In this document: positions 37,276 to 50,170 of the stretch, one piece after another
How the letters are laid out: each line of letters begins with the position of its first letter
Numbering within the stretch: position 1 is the first letter of the stretch
Source of the DNA: Camelus ferus
Lineage: Eukaryota
Direction of reading: 5' to 3'
Assembly (NCBI RefSeq): GCF_009834535.1
Contig: NC_045707.1
Span: 55,244,001 to 55,308,000 of the forward strand
Length of the DNA stretch: 64,000 nt
The notes under the pieces: model-generated
What the model was told of the DNA's origin: nothing
The model's database searches: none
What the model saw: the letters and a program-made list of their open reading frames with translations, nothing else
Made by a program: the position numbers and the translations under genes

Positions 37276-40200
37276 CATTTCTTGTTGTCTTACTTTTGAG
37301 TCACTATTTTTTGCCTTGTACTATATGTGAGTTATCAGCTATATAAATCAGAGAGATGGCTACAGTTTTTAATTTCCATGATATAAAGGAGCTCACCTTT
37401 GATATTAGATAATAAAATTAATAGTAAACTTCAGAGTACGTTACACTTCTTTTATTCAGGAGCAACATTATAACAACTAACTCTGTCTGGTGGAGATAAG
37501 GGAAGAAGGTAAACATGAGGACAGGAGGGGTAGGCTCAAAGCGTAGCAGCACCTAATGAGACAAAAGACTACTAAAAATCAGCGCCAAAAAGCTCAGCTA
37601 CCTGCATAAATGTCCATGGCCCATTGTTAACTTTGAAAAAAATAAAAAAGAAATTGAATAATATGTATAGTATGAATATTTTTGTGTAAAAGGAACAAAC
37701 ATAAATATCCATAATATTTGACATTTCTCATTTGATCCTACATGTCAAAGGCAGGTTTGAGCTTCCTTATATAAAAGAAGGTAATTTATTGAAAGCATAT
37801 TTATTTCAGTAGACACAAGTCAGAAGACAATTAAGTGCTCTCCTTTTCTGGAATTTATTTTTAAGCTTATTTCTACCAATGTTTACCATTTTAAAATAAC
37901 CTCCTATTCTCATTCAGCATTATCTTATTTTAAAAAAGAGAAAGAAATATTAATTTTTTTCATCCTGTGTGTGAATTTGCCTAGGGTGTTTGAGTGCTAC
38001 ATGCCTATAAATGCTATCTGAAATAAAGAATTGACTTTCAGTAAGACAATAAGAAACATTATAAAAATAGCATTTTATTTTCATTAAAAGATAATGTTGG
38101 AAGCACTAAAAAGTTGACTTAAACTCTTGACTAAAAAAACATAATAACAAAAACAAAGCAATAGACTAAAAAGAAGATAAATCAGACTAAACTAAATCCC
38201 AAAAAGATAATTTGTAAATTTAATAAAAGAAAAAAAAAACTTTTTTTAAATGCTAAAAATATTTTTAACGTATCTTCAGAAATTATCTTTTTTTTTTTTT
38301 TTGGATAATTCAATGTGAAAAGACAACCCAAAAATCAAAACAAGCATAAAATGATCACTAAATAGATTCATTCACCCATAAGCATTTTTTTGCATGTACT
38401 AGCTATTCCTAGGACAAGAGTCCTAGAGGTAAAAGTGTTGTAGGGTTGCATAAAAAGTAGAGGTAGGAGTGTCATCTAAGAGAATGTAGAGTGAATGTAC
38501 AAAAAGGAAGAGACTACCTGACATAAATGAATTTATAATAAGGAAGTTATCACTATATCCAGCTGGTCCAGAAAGAACAGGTATAAAACAGAAATCTGAA
38601 TAGAACCCAATGTGCAAGTAACAGATTCAAGGGAGTTGAAGATGACTGCAGAAATATTAAACACATAAAATAAGTTTATATGATTCATTCCAGGAAAGGA
38701 AGGAAATGTTCTGTAAAAACAGTGGAAAGTGATAGAATTAATGGATTTTAGTTCTTGATGGAGTTGAAGTGTTGTTCACATTTGGGTACTAGAGAAAGTG
38801 AGCTGGAAAGGTGGAAAGGTGGGGTTGAGACTGTGATGCTGAAACCGGAAAAATAAATACATCTCCAACCCAGATTAAATCCTTCTTATATAATGTGAGT
38901 TTTAAAAAGACACTAGTGTAGCTAACACCACAACTTACCATATTTATAGAAACACAAGTCAAGGCATATGTTCTACTCATGAAGGGCCAAGAACATGAAG
39001 AACAGTATGCTTATGTCATTGCCAAAGGTGTTGAGAAAGCTAAATTTCCCAGTCAGTAGAATCTTGAGCTGCAGCGATGTTGCTAATAATAACAAACATC
39101 TTAAATATACTTTGCTTGTTAAGGAACTCTTGGCAGCCAAGGTAATGATAATCTTTTGTATAGAATGATATAGAAAATTCAGTTATTATTTTCCGTAAAA
39201 AAGCCTTTTACTTTTAATAAAGGGTTTGCATTATATAATAAACATGCATTCTTGAATTTAAAATTCAGACAGGGTGAATAAAAAAATGGAAGCACCTCTC
39301 CTTACCCCTATTACGCATCTTGATGTAATTCTTCTATATACCCTAATGAAAATATTCAGAAAATCATTTAATTAGCAGACATTAAATTCTTAAACTCCTA
39401 AAACAGAGAAAAATTATAGTTAAAACAATAAAAATGAGCTGGTTTGTTTTAGAAATGTTAGACTCTGACGATGATTATAAAAAATAACTTGTGACCGTGA
39501 ATAAATATACCTTGAAAAATGTTTTATGCCAAATTATAGAGATTAATCCTTCTATTTCATTGCACTGCCATACTGTTACAGTACCTGGAGAGAATGGGGA
39601 GTGGGGCAGTTCTGGCTCCTAGAGCATTTCCTACATTATTAAATATTTTCATGCACTAATAATCTTATTTTAATAAATCTATCTGAAGATAATAGATTTT
39701 TTCACACATGGAAGAGGTTTTATTGAAAGACACGTGATATGATTTGTCTGTATCAAGGTGTTTGCCTAAACATCTTGAATATAGCATCAAACTTTCAAGT
39801 ACACCAAATTTCAACATGAGATTTATTTGAGGAACTTTCTAAAATGAGCACTCTAATCTTGGGAAAGTAAAGAGACCATATTCTCCAACAAACACATCCT
39901 TGTATTTGATACAAACTCCTGATTTTTTTTCCTATGGAAACAGCTTTGAACTTCAATGTTCAGTCTGATTGCTAAGCCAAACTTCTACCATATCTAAATT
40001 TTGAATTATCATTAAACTACCTATAGAATTAAATGAGCACATGGACATGGACACAAACTGTTTTGTTTAAAAAGAATACGGAACTATCATTCACCATTAG
40101 CTGATTTTTTTAAAGACAAAAAGTCGTATAAAGAAGTATTCCAAGAGAAAAAGGACCCCTAACTGCTTCTCCCCCACCATCACTCTGGTTCCACATGCGT

Positions 40201-40424
40201 AACTTCCCATTGCCATAACCACATTACTGGAAGGAATGCTCAAGACAAAAGGCCCTACCACCTTTACACTTCTTCTGCTGGAACATGTATCACCACATCT
40301 ACTTCAGCATAAATAATGAAATGGGGATCTAAATGATTTCCTTCTTTACATGAGCTTTAAAGATTCTGGCGTATAACTATATATTCCCATCTAGATGAGA
40401 GGTAATAGTTAAAAACTTAATCTC

Positions 40425-40555
40425 AGGCATTATGGCTCAGGAGATTTATCTTTTCCCTATACTAAGTTTCTGACCTTGAGTAACTCCATTGACTCCCTTG
40501 GCCTCCTTTTACTCATCTGAAAAATGTCATATGAGTGTTTTAAGGTTTTTTGTTT
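40425..40555 (+). mobile_element. MIR fragment
   Basis: tgaccttgagtaactcca...ggcctccttttactcatctgaaaaatg. Confidence 0.55.
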
Positions 40556-40671
40556 GTTTGTTTTAATAATTCTCAGAAATTTGTACAAAGTTGCATAATG
40601 GGCACTCAACAGACATCATCGTTTATTATTATTCAGCTTGTTATGTTCTCACAGTTACTCTTCACAGGTAC

Positions 40672-43390
40672 ATTTCCCATGGTATTCTTTGCCTCCTTTT
40701 TCGTATATCAATTGGTCATAAGTGTGTGGGTTTATTTCTCGGCTCTCTATTCTGTTTCACTGATCTACGTATCTGTTTTTGTGTCAATACCATACTGTTT
40801 TGATTATTGTAGCTTAGTAGTATAGTCTGAAGTCAGGGAGCATGATACATCCAGCTCAGTTCTTCTCTCTCAAGATTGCTTTGGCCCATCAGTGTCTTTT
40901 ATGTTTCCATACGCATTTTAGAACTATTTATTCTAATTTTGTGAAAAATGCCATGGTTGTTTTGAAAGGGATTGCTTTGAATCTGTAGATTGGCTTGGGT
41001 AGTATGGTCATTTTAGCAATATGCATTCTTCCAGTCCAAGAACACAGTATATTTTTACATCTAGTTGTGTTGTCTTCGGTTTCTTCAGAGTTTTATAGTT
41101 TTCTGAGTACAGGTATTTTACCACCTTAGATATATTCCAAGTTATTTTATTCTTTATGATGCAGTGGTAAATGAGACTGTTTTCTTAATTTCTCTGTTGA
41201 TAGTTTATTGTTAGTGTATAGAAATGCAACAGATTTCTGTATATTAATTTTGTATCCTGAAGCTTTACCAAAATCATTAGTAAGCTCTCGTAGTTTTTTG
41301 GTGACATCTTTAGGATTTTCTATGTATATTAATATGTCATCTACAAATGGTGATAGTTTTACTGCTTACTTGTCAATTTGGATTCCTTTTATTTCCTTTT
41401 CTTATCTGTGTGCTATGGTAGGACTTCCAATATTATATTGCATAAAAATGCTGAGAGTGGGCATCCTTGCCTTGGTCCCAATCTTAGAGAAAAAATATTT
41501 TCAACTTTTTAGCCTTGAGTACATTGTTAGCTGTAGGTCTGCATATATGGTCTTTGTTATGTTGAGATATGTTCCCTCTATACAAACTTTGTTGAGAGTT
41601 TTTATCATAAGTGAATGCTGAAATTTGTCAAAAGCATTTTCTGCATCTATTGAGATAATCATATGATTTTTATTCTTCAATTCATTAATGTGTTGTGGCA
41701 CATTGATTAACTTGAAAGTATTGTACCATCCTTGCATCCCTGGGATAGATCCCACTTGATCATGGTGTATGATCCTTTTGAGATACTGTTGAATTCAGCT
41801 TGCTAATATTTTACTGAGGATTTTGTATCTATATTCATCAGTGATATTGGCCTATAATTTTCTTTTTTGTGATACCTTATCTGGTTTTGGTATCAGGGTG
41901 ATACTGGCCTCATAAAATGAGTTTAGAAGCATTCCTTCCTCTGAAGTATTTTGGAATAGTTTGAGAAGATAGATGTTAATTCTTCTCTAAATGTTTGGTA
42001 GAACTTACATGTGAAGCCATGTTGTCTTGGGCTTATGTTTGTTGAGTTGTTTTTTTTTTAACTCATTCAATAGCACTTCTGGTAATTGGTCTGTTCATAT
42101 TTTCTATTTCTGCCTGATTCAATCTTGGGAGAGTGTACATTTCTTAGAATTTGTCTATTTTTTCTAGGTTGTCCATTTTATTGATGTAAAATTGCTCAGA
42201 GTAATATCTTATGATCCTTTGTTTTCCTGTGGTGTTTGTTGTAATTTTTTCTTTTTCACTTCTAATTTTATTGATTTGGGCCCTCTCTCTTTTTTCTTGA
42301 TGAGTCTAGCTAAATTTCATTAATTTTGTTTGTCTTTTCACAAAACCAGTTCTTAGCCATTGATTTTTTTCCTACTGATTTTTTGTCTCTATTTTATTTC
42401 TGTATGATTTCTTTCCTTTTACTACTGTTAGGTTTTCTTTGTTCTTTCTTTAGTTCCTCTAGGGTAAGTTCGGTTGTTTAATTGAGATTTTTCTTGCTTC
42501 TTGAGGTAGGATTGTATTCCTACAAATTTCCCCCTTAGAACTGCTTTGCCGCACTCCATAGATTTTGGATTGTTGTATGCTTGGTTTCATTGCACCCCAG
42601 GTATTTTATTTTTTTAATCTCTATTTTGATTTCTTCAGTGAGCCGTTGTTTATTTCATAATATATTGTTTAGCTACCACGTGTTTGTGTTTTTTGCAGTT
42701 TTTTTTCTTATAGTTTATTTCTAGTCTCATAATGTCATGGTTGGAAGAGATGCTTGATATTTTTCAATTTTCTTAAATTTATCAAGACTTGTTTTGTAGC
42801 CTAACATTTGATCTCTCCTAGAGAATATTCTATAGACACTTGAAAAGAATGTATATTCTGCCACTTTGGGGTGGAATGTTTTATTTATTTATTTATTTAT
42901 TTAAGTCCATTTGGTCTAATGTGTCATTTAAGGACAGTGTTTCTTTATTGATTTTCTGTCTGGATAATCTGTCCATTGATACAAGTGAAGTGTTAAAGTC
43001 CTTTACTATGGTAGGTGTTATTGTCAATTTATCCCTTTATGTTCATTAATACTTGCTTTATGTATTTAGGTGCTCCTATGTTGGGTACATATTTATTTAC
43101 AGTTGCTGTATCTTCTTGGTTGATTCTTATCCTCAATCATTATATAATGCCTTTCTTTGTCTCTTATTACAGTCTTTGTTTTAACATCTATTTTATGTGA
43201 TTTAAGTATTGCTACCCCAGCTTTCTTTTGTGTTCCATTTGTATGAAATACCTTTTTCCATCTCTTCCCTTTCAGTCTCTGTGTGTCTTTAGATGTAAAG
43301 TGAATCTCTTGTAGGCAGCATATATATGGAACTTGCTTAGAGAAGTCCCATTAAAATTTCTTATAAAGCTGATTTTCTGGTGCTAACCTT
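40672..43390 (-). mobile_element. L1 body (ORF1 end, ORF2 endonuclease through RT), 3'-truncated and disabled
   Basis: Continuous antisense L1 ORF2. Minus-strand ICCLQE.HF near 43290-43325 and RT peptide at 41501-41755; many stops and frameshifts; no 3'UTR or poly(A). Confidence 0.95.
41501..41755 (-). pseudogene. L1 ORF2 reverse-transcriptase remnant
   Basis: ORF track: [10 protein letters not shown]...[21 protein letters not shown]...EGTYLNI.K.IY, canonical L1 RT motifs. Confidence 0.95.
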
Positions 43391-43626
43391 AGGATATCAG
43401 CTGACTTTTCAGCAGATACTCCACAAGCCAGATGTGAATGGCACAACATGTGTAAAATAATGAAAGGGGAAAACCTCCAGCCAAAACTAATCCACCTGGC
43501 AAGCCTTCATTCAGGTTTGATGGAGAGATCAAAAGTTTTATACAGACACAAAAGCTAAAAAGGTCAGCACCAGAAAATCAACTTTACTAGAAATTTTAAT
43601 GGGACTTCTCTAAGCAAGTTCCACAT
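43391..43626 (+). mobile_element. Inverted 5' segment of the same L1 (ORF1 C-terminal coding part)
   Basis: Plus strand reads ISADFSADTPQARCEW...MKGENLQPKL...SFRFDGEIKSF and ends GLL* (gggacttctctaa). Confidence 0.9.
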
Positions 43627-43770
43627 CTGTAGGTTTCTTCACTCCCGTGTCTGGTGCCTAGGAGGAGGATTCTTGAAGGCTAGTCTTAGCTGGAACTGTT
43701 AACTGAAATGCCTACAGGTGGTTCCTACTTGAGGTTAGGCTTCCTCACTGTATGGCAGTCTCAGAATAGC
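43627..43770 (-). mobile_element. MLT1H-like LTR fragment
   Basis: ttcttcactcccgtgtctggtgcct...cttagctggaactgtt...ggcttcctcactgtatggcagtctcag. Confidence 0.65.
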
Positions 43771-43919
43771 TGTTTAAGCCACCCCAGTCTGTGATATTCT
43801 GTTGGTAACCCCAGCAAAGTAATATAGTAGGGAAATATTGGGAGATTTTAAGTAAAGAAATGACAGGTTTGTATTTTACAGTGATCACTATGTCATATGA
43901 AAATTGAAGAATGGAAGTA

Positions 43920-44560
43920 GGGAAAATGTAAAGGTGTGGAAAATGATAAGAATAAAAATTGGTACAGTCATTTTGGAAGGCAGTTTGGCAGTACATATAA
44001 AATGTTTATAAATGCATGATATTTGTTAGAATAATATTTATTAGAAAATACATAGTATTTGTTAGAAGTTAAAATAGAAGAAATTTCTTCTGTTTTGACT
44101 ACTTTATAGATGAAGTCACACAATCATCCAAAGAAATTTATAGCAAGATATTCATTGCAGCATTATTTATAATAATGCAAAACTGGGTTCATCTAAAACT
44201 ATGAAAAAAGTTAAACCAATTATGGTATAACCATAGGGTACAATAAAATACAGCAATTGAAAATACTTACATATACATAATTTTTATGTTTTTAACTATA
44301 CCTATATATGTACTCAAGGCAAGCATGTATGTGTATGTAACACCCAAATGTACACATACATATGGAATTTTCTTATGAATAGAAAATTTCTTAAAGTCTA
44401 CATAAGATATGCTACCTATGGGAAATGGAAATGGTTAGGTGGGTGAATAGAGTGAATCAAGAAAGTGATTGTTACTTTTCTTTTAATACACTTCTAACTC
44501 TTTTAATTTCTTATGAGTATGTATTTCCATTAAATAAATTGATCTATTTTAAAATTAATG
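43920..44560 (+). mobile_element. L1ME-type ORF2 end / 3'UTR
   Basis: aaattggtacagtcattttggaaggcagtttggcagta, caagatattcattgcagcattatttataata. Confidence 0.7.
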
Positions 44561-47500
44561 AAATATTACAATTATATATCAACCTTTTCTGTGTAGTTAG
44601 AGACCTTAAACATCTGGTTTTATGTGCATTAACTACATAATGATTTGGTTTCAATTTTGCTGTGTGCCAAACAAAATAGAAACATATATTTTAGAGAAAT
44701 TTTTTAGCCAAAGAACTGCTAATAAAAATGTTTGAATACATAATGAATATGATTTTAAACTGACAACACAAACAATGAAGCAGATGGAATGCACCATATT
44801 ATTTTCAATAAATTTAAAAAAGACTCCATAGTTACTTTTTATCAGAGGGCCTTAAATAGGATGTTGTGTGACTAATTGCCTCATTAATCACTAGGATATT
44901 ACCTGTGATCTTCACTAGCGACTTTTTGTGCTGCTTTATCATCTTAAATAGAACATGTTTATTCACTTTTCAACACAATTATTCAATTAAAAAAGACAAC
45001 AGTGTTTGAGGCAATAAAAGTTCTACCACATATTTGTAGCACTGTATCCAGTGTGGTTAAAATAGATCTGTATCATTAAATCATTCTTAGCGATCATATC
45101 ATGATGTAACAATTTATTAATTTGATAAACTGAATTGATTACTTACTCATGAATCTTAATTTGCTGTCATTTATTAATATAGCTTCAGTATTCACAATCT
45201 TAAGTCATAGTGATATGGGTTGTCATTATTTAGAATAAAATTATATTGTTTCCAATTACATTGTGCTTCTCCTGTTTCATGTCTACTCTCTTCTTCTTCT
45301 TTATGATAGCATGTTTTTCTATGCCTATTTTGTTCATTTCATTGTGTAATCTCTTCTCTTGTATTGCCTCATTTTAAAGACCCAAACTTACATGTGTCTA
45401 TTAAATCTCCAAACCATCTTCAGTAAATTTCTATGAGCCATCTGTGCAGTAAAATACATTTGCCATATGGTATTATATTGTGCTCATATTTTATCTGAAA
45501 AATTTTTCTGGCTATTGAACATTTGTTAACATTTGATGGCAAATTATATAGATGAGGCATTGTTTCTTTGTTTTATATCTTTATCATTCTAGTGGAAGAT
45601 AGTATAATTAGAGAGTCCTTAGAGATGGAAACACATGCCCCCTTATTCTGCCTTTCTTCTTAAGAGTTTATATGACTTGAGAAGCATAATATTTTTAGTA
45701 ATTTTGACGTAGATTGGGAAGTCATTAAGCAGTCTTCTTGTTTTGGTACTTGTGCTTTAAAGTATAATAAAAAATATAATTGTTGCCTATATCTATAAAA
45801 ACTCTATCTATATACACATTGACAGGAGGCTTTAACATACATTAAAAAGGTACCCAACCAGTTTGTCCATTTATCCACTCTTTGTCCATATGGCTAGCCA
45901 TTTAATTTAGGGGTTGATAAATTATATTTTCTAAAATCATGACTAAAAGACCTTTATTGTTTATTATACTGTTCCAAGTATTCTTGGGAGAAATCTCTTA
46001 AGGGCATGTAAAACTATAAGCTACGTTGTAGCTGCTTAATTAAAATGATCATTATAGGTTTTGTCTATGCCACATCTATACTAGTTTTGTTTATTATCAT
46101 TTTCTACTACTAAGTGATATTCTAAATATCTTATGCTCCCATTCACTATAATGACTTATCAGATGTTATAATAATGATCTTTAACACATCTGCATTAAGT
46201 GGAATATATCAGGGTGAAAATGAATTAAATGAGGTCTGTTTTGGGGCATTTGATTAACCATTTGATCGTGTTAGTGCTTATATACTCTGGTATAAATATC
46301 TTCAATTTATTTGCTATTTCTGTCTTTTAAACTTCTATCTATAATCTTTTCCTTGTGATTTTTACTACTCCTAGGTCATAGAACTCTTTCCATGACAAAT
46401 AATTAGATACAGTCATTCACATTATAGACACTTAAGCAACATAAGCCACAGAAGAGAGTTCTTTCTTGGCAAAGATGGAAAATACAGAGAAAAAAATGAA
46501 TTACTCATCCATTTTTGTTTTTCTTCCTACCATGGGCTAAGCAGTTATTTTACTTTTTCTAAATAAAATAAACAACTTAATGTAAAGGCATGAAAATTGA
46601 TAGACTTAATTTAAAACTTTTAGAAAATGATATGAAACTGAAAAAGATTGTGTAAAAATTCTTAAACCTATTGAAGATATACCTGACTGTCATTCTCTTT
46701 TTCATCTTTTCTTGTATATTGCTGCCTAAGTAAACTTTTTCTAATCAAAATTATATTAGAATATTATATGCCTACCATGTACTGGCATGACACTAATTAA
46801 AACAATCCTAAAAAATATAAATATTGTTTTAATTAATTACAGTAAGTTTATTGTAAAAACTTGAAAACAGCAGAAAGGTAGAATAAAGTAGGGAAAAATT
46901 TAGATAAACACTACTAATCAAAGTGAACCACTGTTATCACTGTTATAATTTTCTCATTTTATTTCATTTTCTATGTATTTAATTGTATATAAACTGGATA
47001 TTTTAGTATTTTCCACTTATCATTAAAACATTGGTTTTATCTCATGTCCTTAAAACTGAAGTATGAATTCTAGTAGCTACATAGTAACTATTAAATAAAA
47101 AAGCTATAATTTCCTTGAATAACCCATGGGTAAGCTTATTTTTTTCATTATTTTACCATCACAAGTAATTACATAATGAAAATGAGTTCACATATATCTT
47201 TGCTTATGATTTATATTCTTTTATAAGAATTTATAACTAGAAGTAGTATCACTGGGACAACATACTATCAGTTATAAGGTTATTGATATATGTTAATATA
47301 ATACTTCAAGACTTTTACAAAATCCATATGGTCAACTTATTGCTAATTTTCCCTAGACATTAATTTAGAAAATATTTCTCTATCACATACCCCTTCACCT
47401 CAGATTTGGTTGAATATTTCATGAGCAGCTATTTGTTAATGGGAACAATTCAAAATAATGTTTATTTCAAGGAAAAAAGTCAGTTACCCAGGAATTATTT

Positions 47501-47564
47501 ACATAAGTTAATTTTTCCCGTTTGACTAGATATTTTTATCTTTCAATTATTAAAGTTGGTTTTT

Positions 47565-48320
47565 TTGGTTAACAGTTTTAAAGTAAAATAATTCACATAT
47601 CATACAATTTACTTATTTAACATGCACAATTCAGTGGTGTTAAGTACATTCATAGTGTTGTACAACCAATATCACAATCAGTAAACCATTTTCACTACCC
47701 CAACGAGAAACCCCATACCCTTAAACAGTCATTTCCCTCAAGCTTCAACTAGCCCTTGGCAACCACCATTACATTTTCTGTCTCTAGAGATGGGCTTATT
47801 CTGTGTATTTCACATAGATGGAATCATACACTATATTGTGACTGGCTTCTTTCACTTAAAATCTTTTGAAGGTTCATCCATATTATAGCATATATCAGTA
47901 CTTCATTACTTTTTATTGCCAAATAATGTTCCTTTATAGAGATACACCACATTTATTTATCCATTTATCAGTTGATGAACATTTAGAGGTTTTCTACTCT
48001 TTGACTACTAGCATAATGCTTCTATGGATATTCCTGTACAATTTTCTGGATGGAAATATGTTTTCATTTTACATGGGATATACCTAGGAGTAAAATTGCA
48101 GGGTCATGTGATTACTCTACGTTTAGACTTTTAAAGAGATGTTAGTTTTCAAAGTGGCTGTACCATTTTATATTCTCACCAGCAGGGTAGGAGGGTGCCC
48201 ATTTCTTTACATCCTTGCCAAGACTTGTTATAATCTGTGTTTTTTGTTTTTGATACAGACATCCTAGTGGGTGTCAAGTGGTGCCTCACTGTGATTTGGT
48301 TTGCATTTTCCTGATGGCTA
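47565..48320 (-). mobile_element. L1MB-type 3' end
   Basis: aattcacatatcatacaatt, agcccttggcaaccacc, ccatttatcagttgatgaacattt, ttttcaaagtggctgtaccatttta. Confidence 0.9.
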
Positions 48321-48561
48321 AAAAGTTGTTTTTAAAGTTTATAGTCTATGTCTAAGATATTTGTTTTGCTACACTTATATATCTTTCCTTGCACCTGATA
48401 TATATTTTTTGATTAATTACTTAAGTCTTTAATATATTTTAACATTTATTTCCAATTTCTAGTATAACCCTTCTTTTATAAACATTTTTTGTGTATATAT
48501 CTTTGTTTCTTAATCATGCTAAAGATTAGAACTATATCTTATGATTTAAAAAACACAATTG

Positions 48562-48901
48562 TCAATTCTACTTCTGCATATTTATCAAAAAAAAAAAATT
48601 AAAGCAGGGACTCAGAGATATTTGTACACCCATGTTAGTGAAGCATTCTTCACAATAGCCAAAAGGTGGAATCAACCCAAGTGTCCATCAACTGATGAAT
48701 GGATAAAGAAACAGGGTATACACATACAAAGTTTCAGTTGAAGAATACATAAAAGTTTTGGAGATGAATGGTGGTGATGATTGTACAACAATGTGAATGA
48801 ACTTAATGCTGTAGAACTGAAATGAACTAAAACACCTAAGAATGATTAAAGTGGTAAAATTTGTTATATATATATATCTTACCACAATAAACAAAATTAA
48901 A
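48562..48901 (+). mobile_element. L1MB-type 3' end with internal deletion and 14-bp TSD
   Basis: cacaatagccaaaaggtggaatcaacccaagtgtccatcaactgatgaatgga; tail ggagatgaatggtggtgatg...ttaccacaataaa; TSD aaaaaacacaattg at 48548-48561 and 48902-48915. Confidence 0.9.
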
Positions 48902-49599
48902 AAAAAACACAATTGGAAATTTCAGTAAAATTTCATGAAAGCAATAATTTAAGAAAAAGTGTTGACATCTTGTAAAATTTAGTTTTCTCACTAAGGAAAA
49001 TTTAATATCACTTGACATTAAATGTTACTTTAGTTTCATTACTGAAGTTTTGTAGTAGTTTTCCTAAGATGTCTCTTACTAATCTATTCTGATTTCTTTT
49101 ACACTTATATTACTAATATAAATAATATGTTAAAATATAGTTCTTAATGGTCTATTGATGGTATAAGCAAAAGATGATTCTTGTCTGACTCATTAATTCT
49201 TATCTTTTAAACTTATACACCTTGAATTGTCCTGAAGCTTGCTTATTCAAGAAAATTCTTAATGTTATATGGTCATCAACTGAAAAGTGTAGTTAAAACA
49301 ACAGATCTTGACGATAATACACTTATATCTAAATGGTTTAATTAAAACATACATGGGCACTTACTCACCACTCCTTCTGATAAGGCAAGGGCCATCTTTC
49401 TGACCATGGATCTGCCTATTTGAGTTTTGCAGTCTTTCTTACCTAAATTGTAATTTATCACTTGTTTTTATTTTAGTGTGGTGGTTTAACACCATCCAGC
49501 CATGGTGACAAAAATCATTCTAGATGCATGATCATTAAGCTCAAGTCAGTCTTTTGTGCTGCCCGAGAGTCCTGTAACACTGCCCGATCCAATCACTTT

Positions 49600-50170
49600 G
49601 CCACTCTCTCAAATAACTTCTCTTTCCTAACATCCAATATTTCCTTTCTCATCAACGCTTCTAAGTGATGACCTGCACTTTCTTTTTTATTGACAAGTAA
49701 AGAAGAGACAGTTATTTGCGTTTCCACTACCACATCTACCAATTTCTTTCCATAGAGCTCTCTTCTTTGTGTGAAAACTTAATTTTACAAGATGCCAACA
49801 ATTTTTCTCAAATTAATTCTTTTCATGAAATTCTATTGACATTTCCAGTTGTGTTTATATTCTGGTAAAATAGACATAGAAATGTACCTTCATCTTTTTC
49901 CCTGTACCTATGGAATGAATAAGCTCTCCATTCCTTTATCTAAGACCATACTTTTCACATATGCACCAGATCTCTCTTGCTTATTCAAGAACATCTCTTC
50001 AGCAGTTTTCCCTACTCTAACTCAAATCATTCACTTTTCCTCTCCATTGGATCATTCCTGTGAGCATATGAACCATTTGTTATTTCTTTAATCCTACAAA
50101 GACCTTCCTTTAGCCTCACATTCTTCTGCAACTACCAGCACCTTTTTTTGGTTGTTGTTCCTGTGTAGAC
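49600..50170 (+). mobile_element. L2 ORF2-region fragment, interrupted at ~49761-49888
   Basis: gatgacctgcactttctttt...ccactaccacatctaccaa...ctattcaagaacat-like...tctccattggatcattcc. Confidence 0.65.

Noticed and set aside
40550..43200. Several plus-strand hydrophobic ORFs (40550, 41208, 42840, 43015)
   Set aside because: They are antisense readings of L1 ORF2, a well-known source of spurious ORFs.
49358..49445. Minus-strand donor-like sites (gtg|gtgagt, tag|gtaaga)
   Set aside because: No matching acceptor with a pyrimidine tract and no recognisable peptide.
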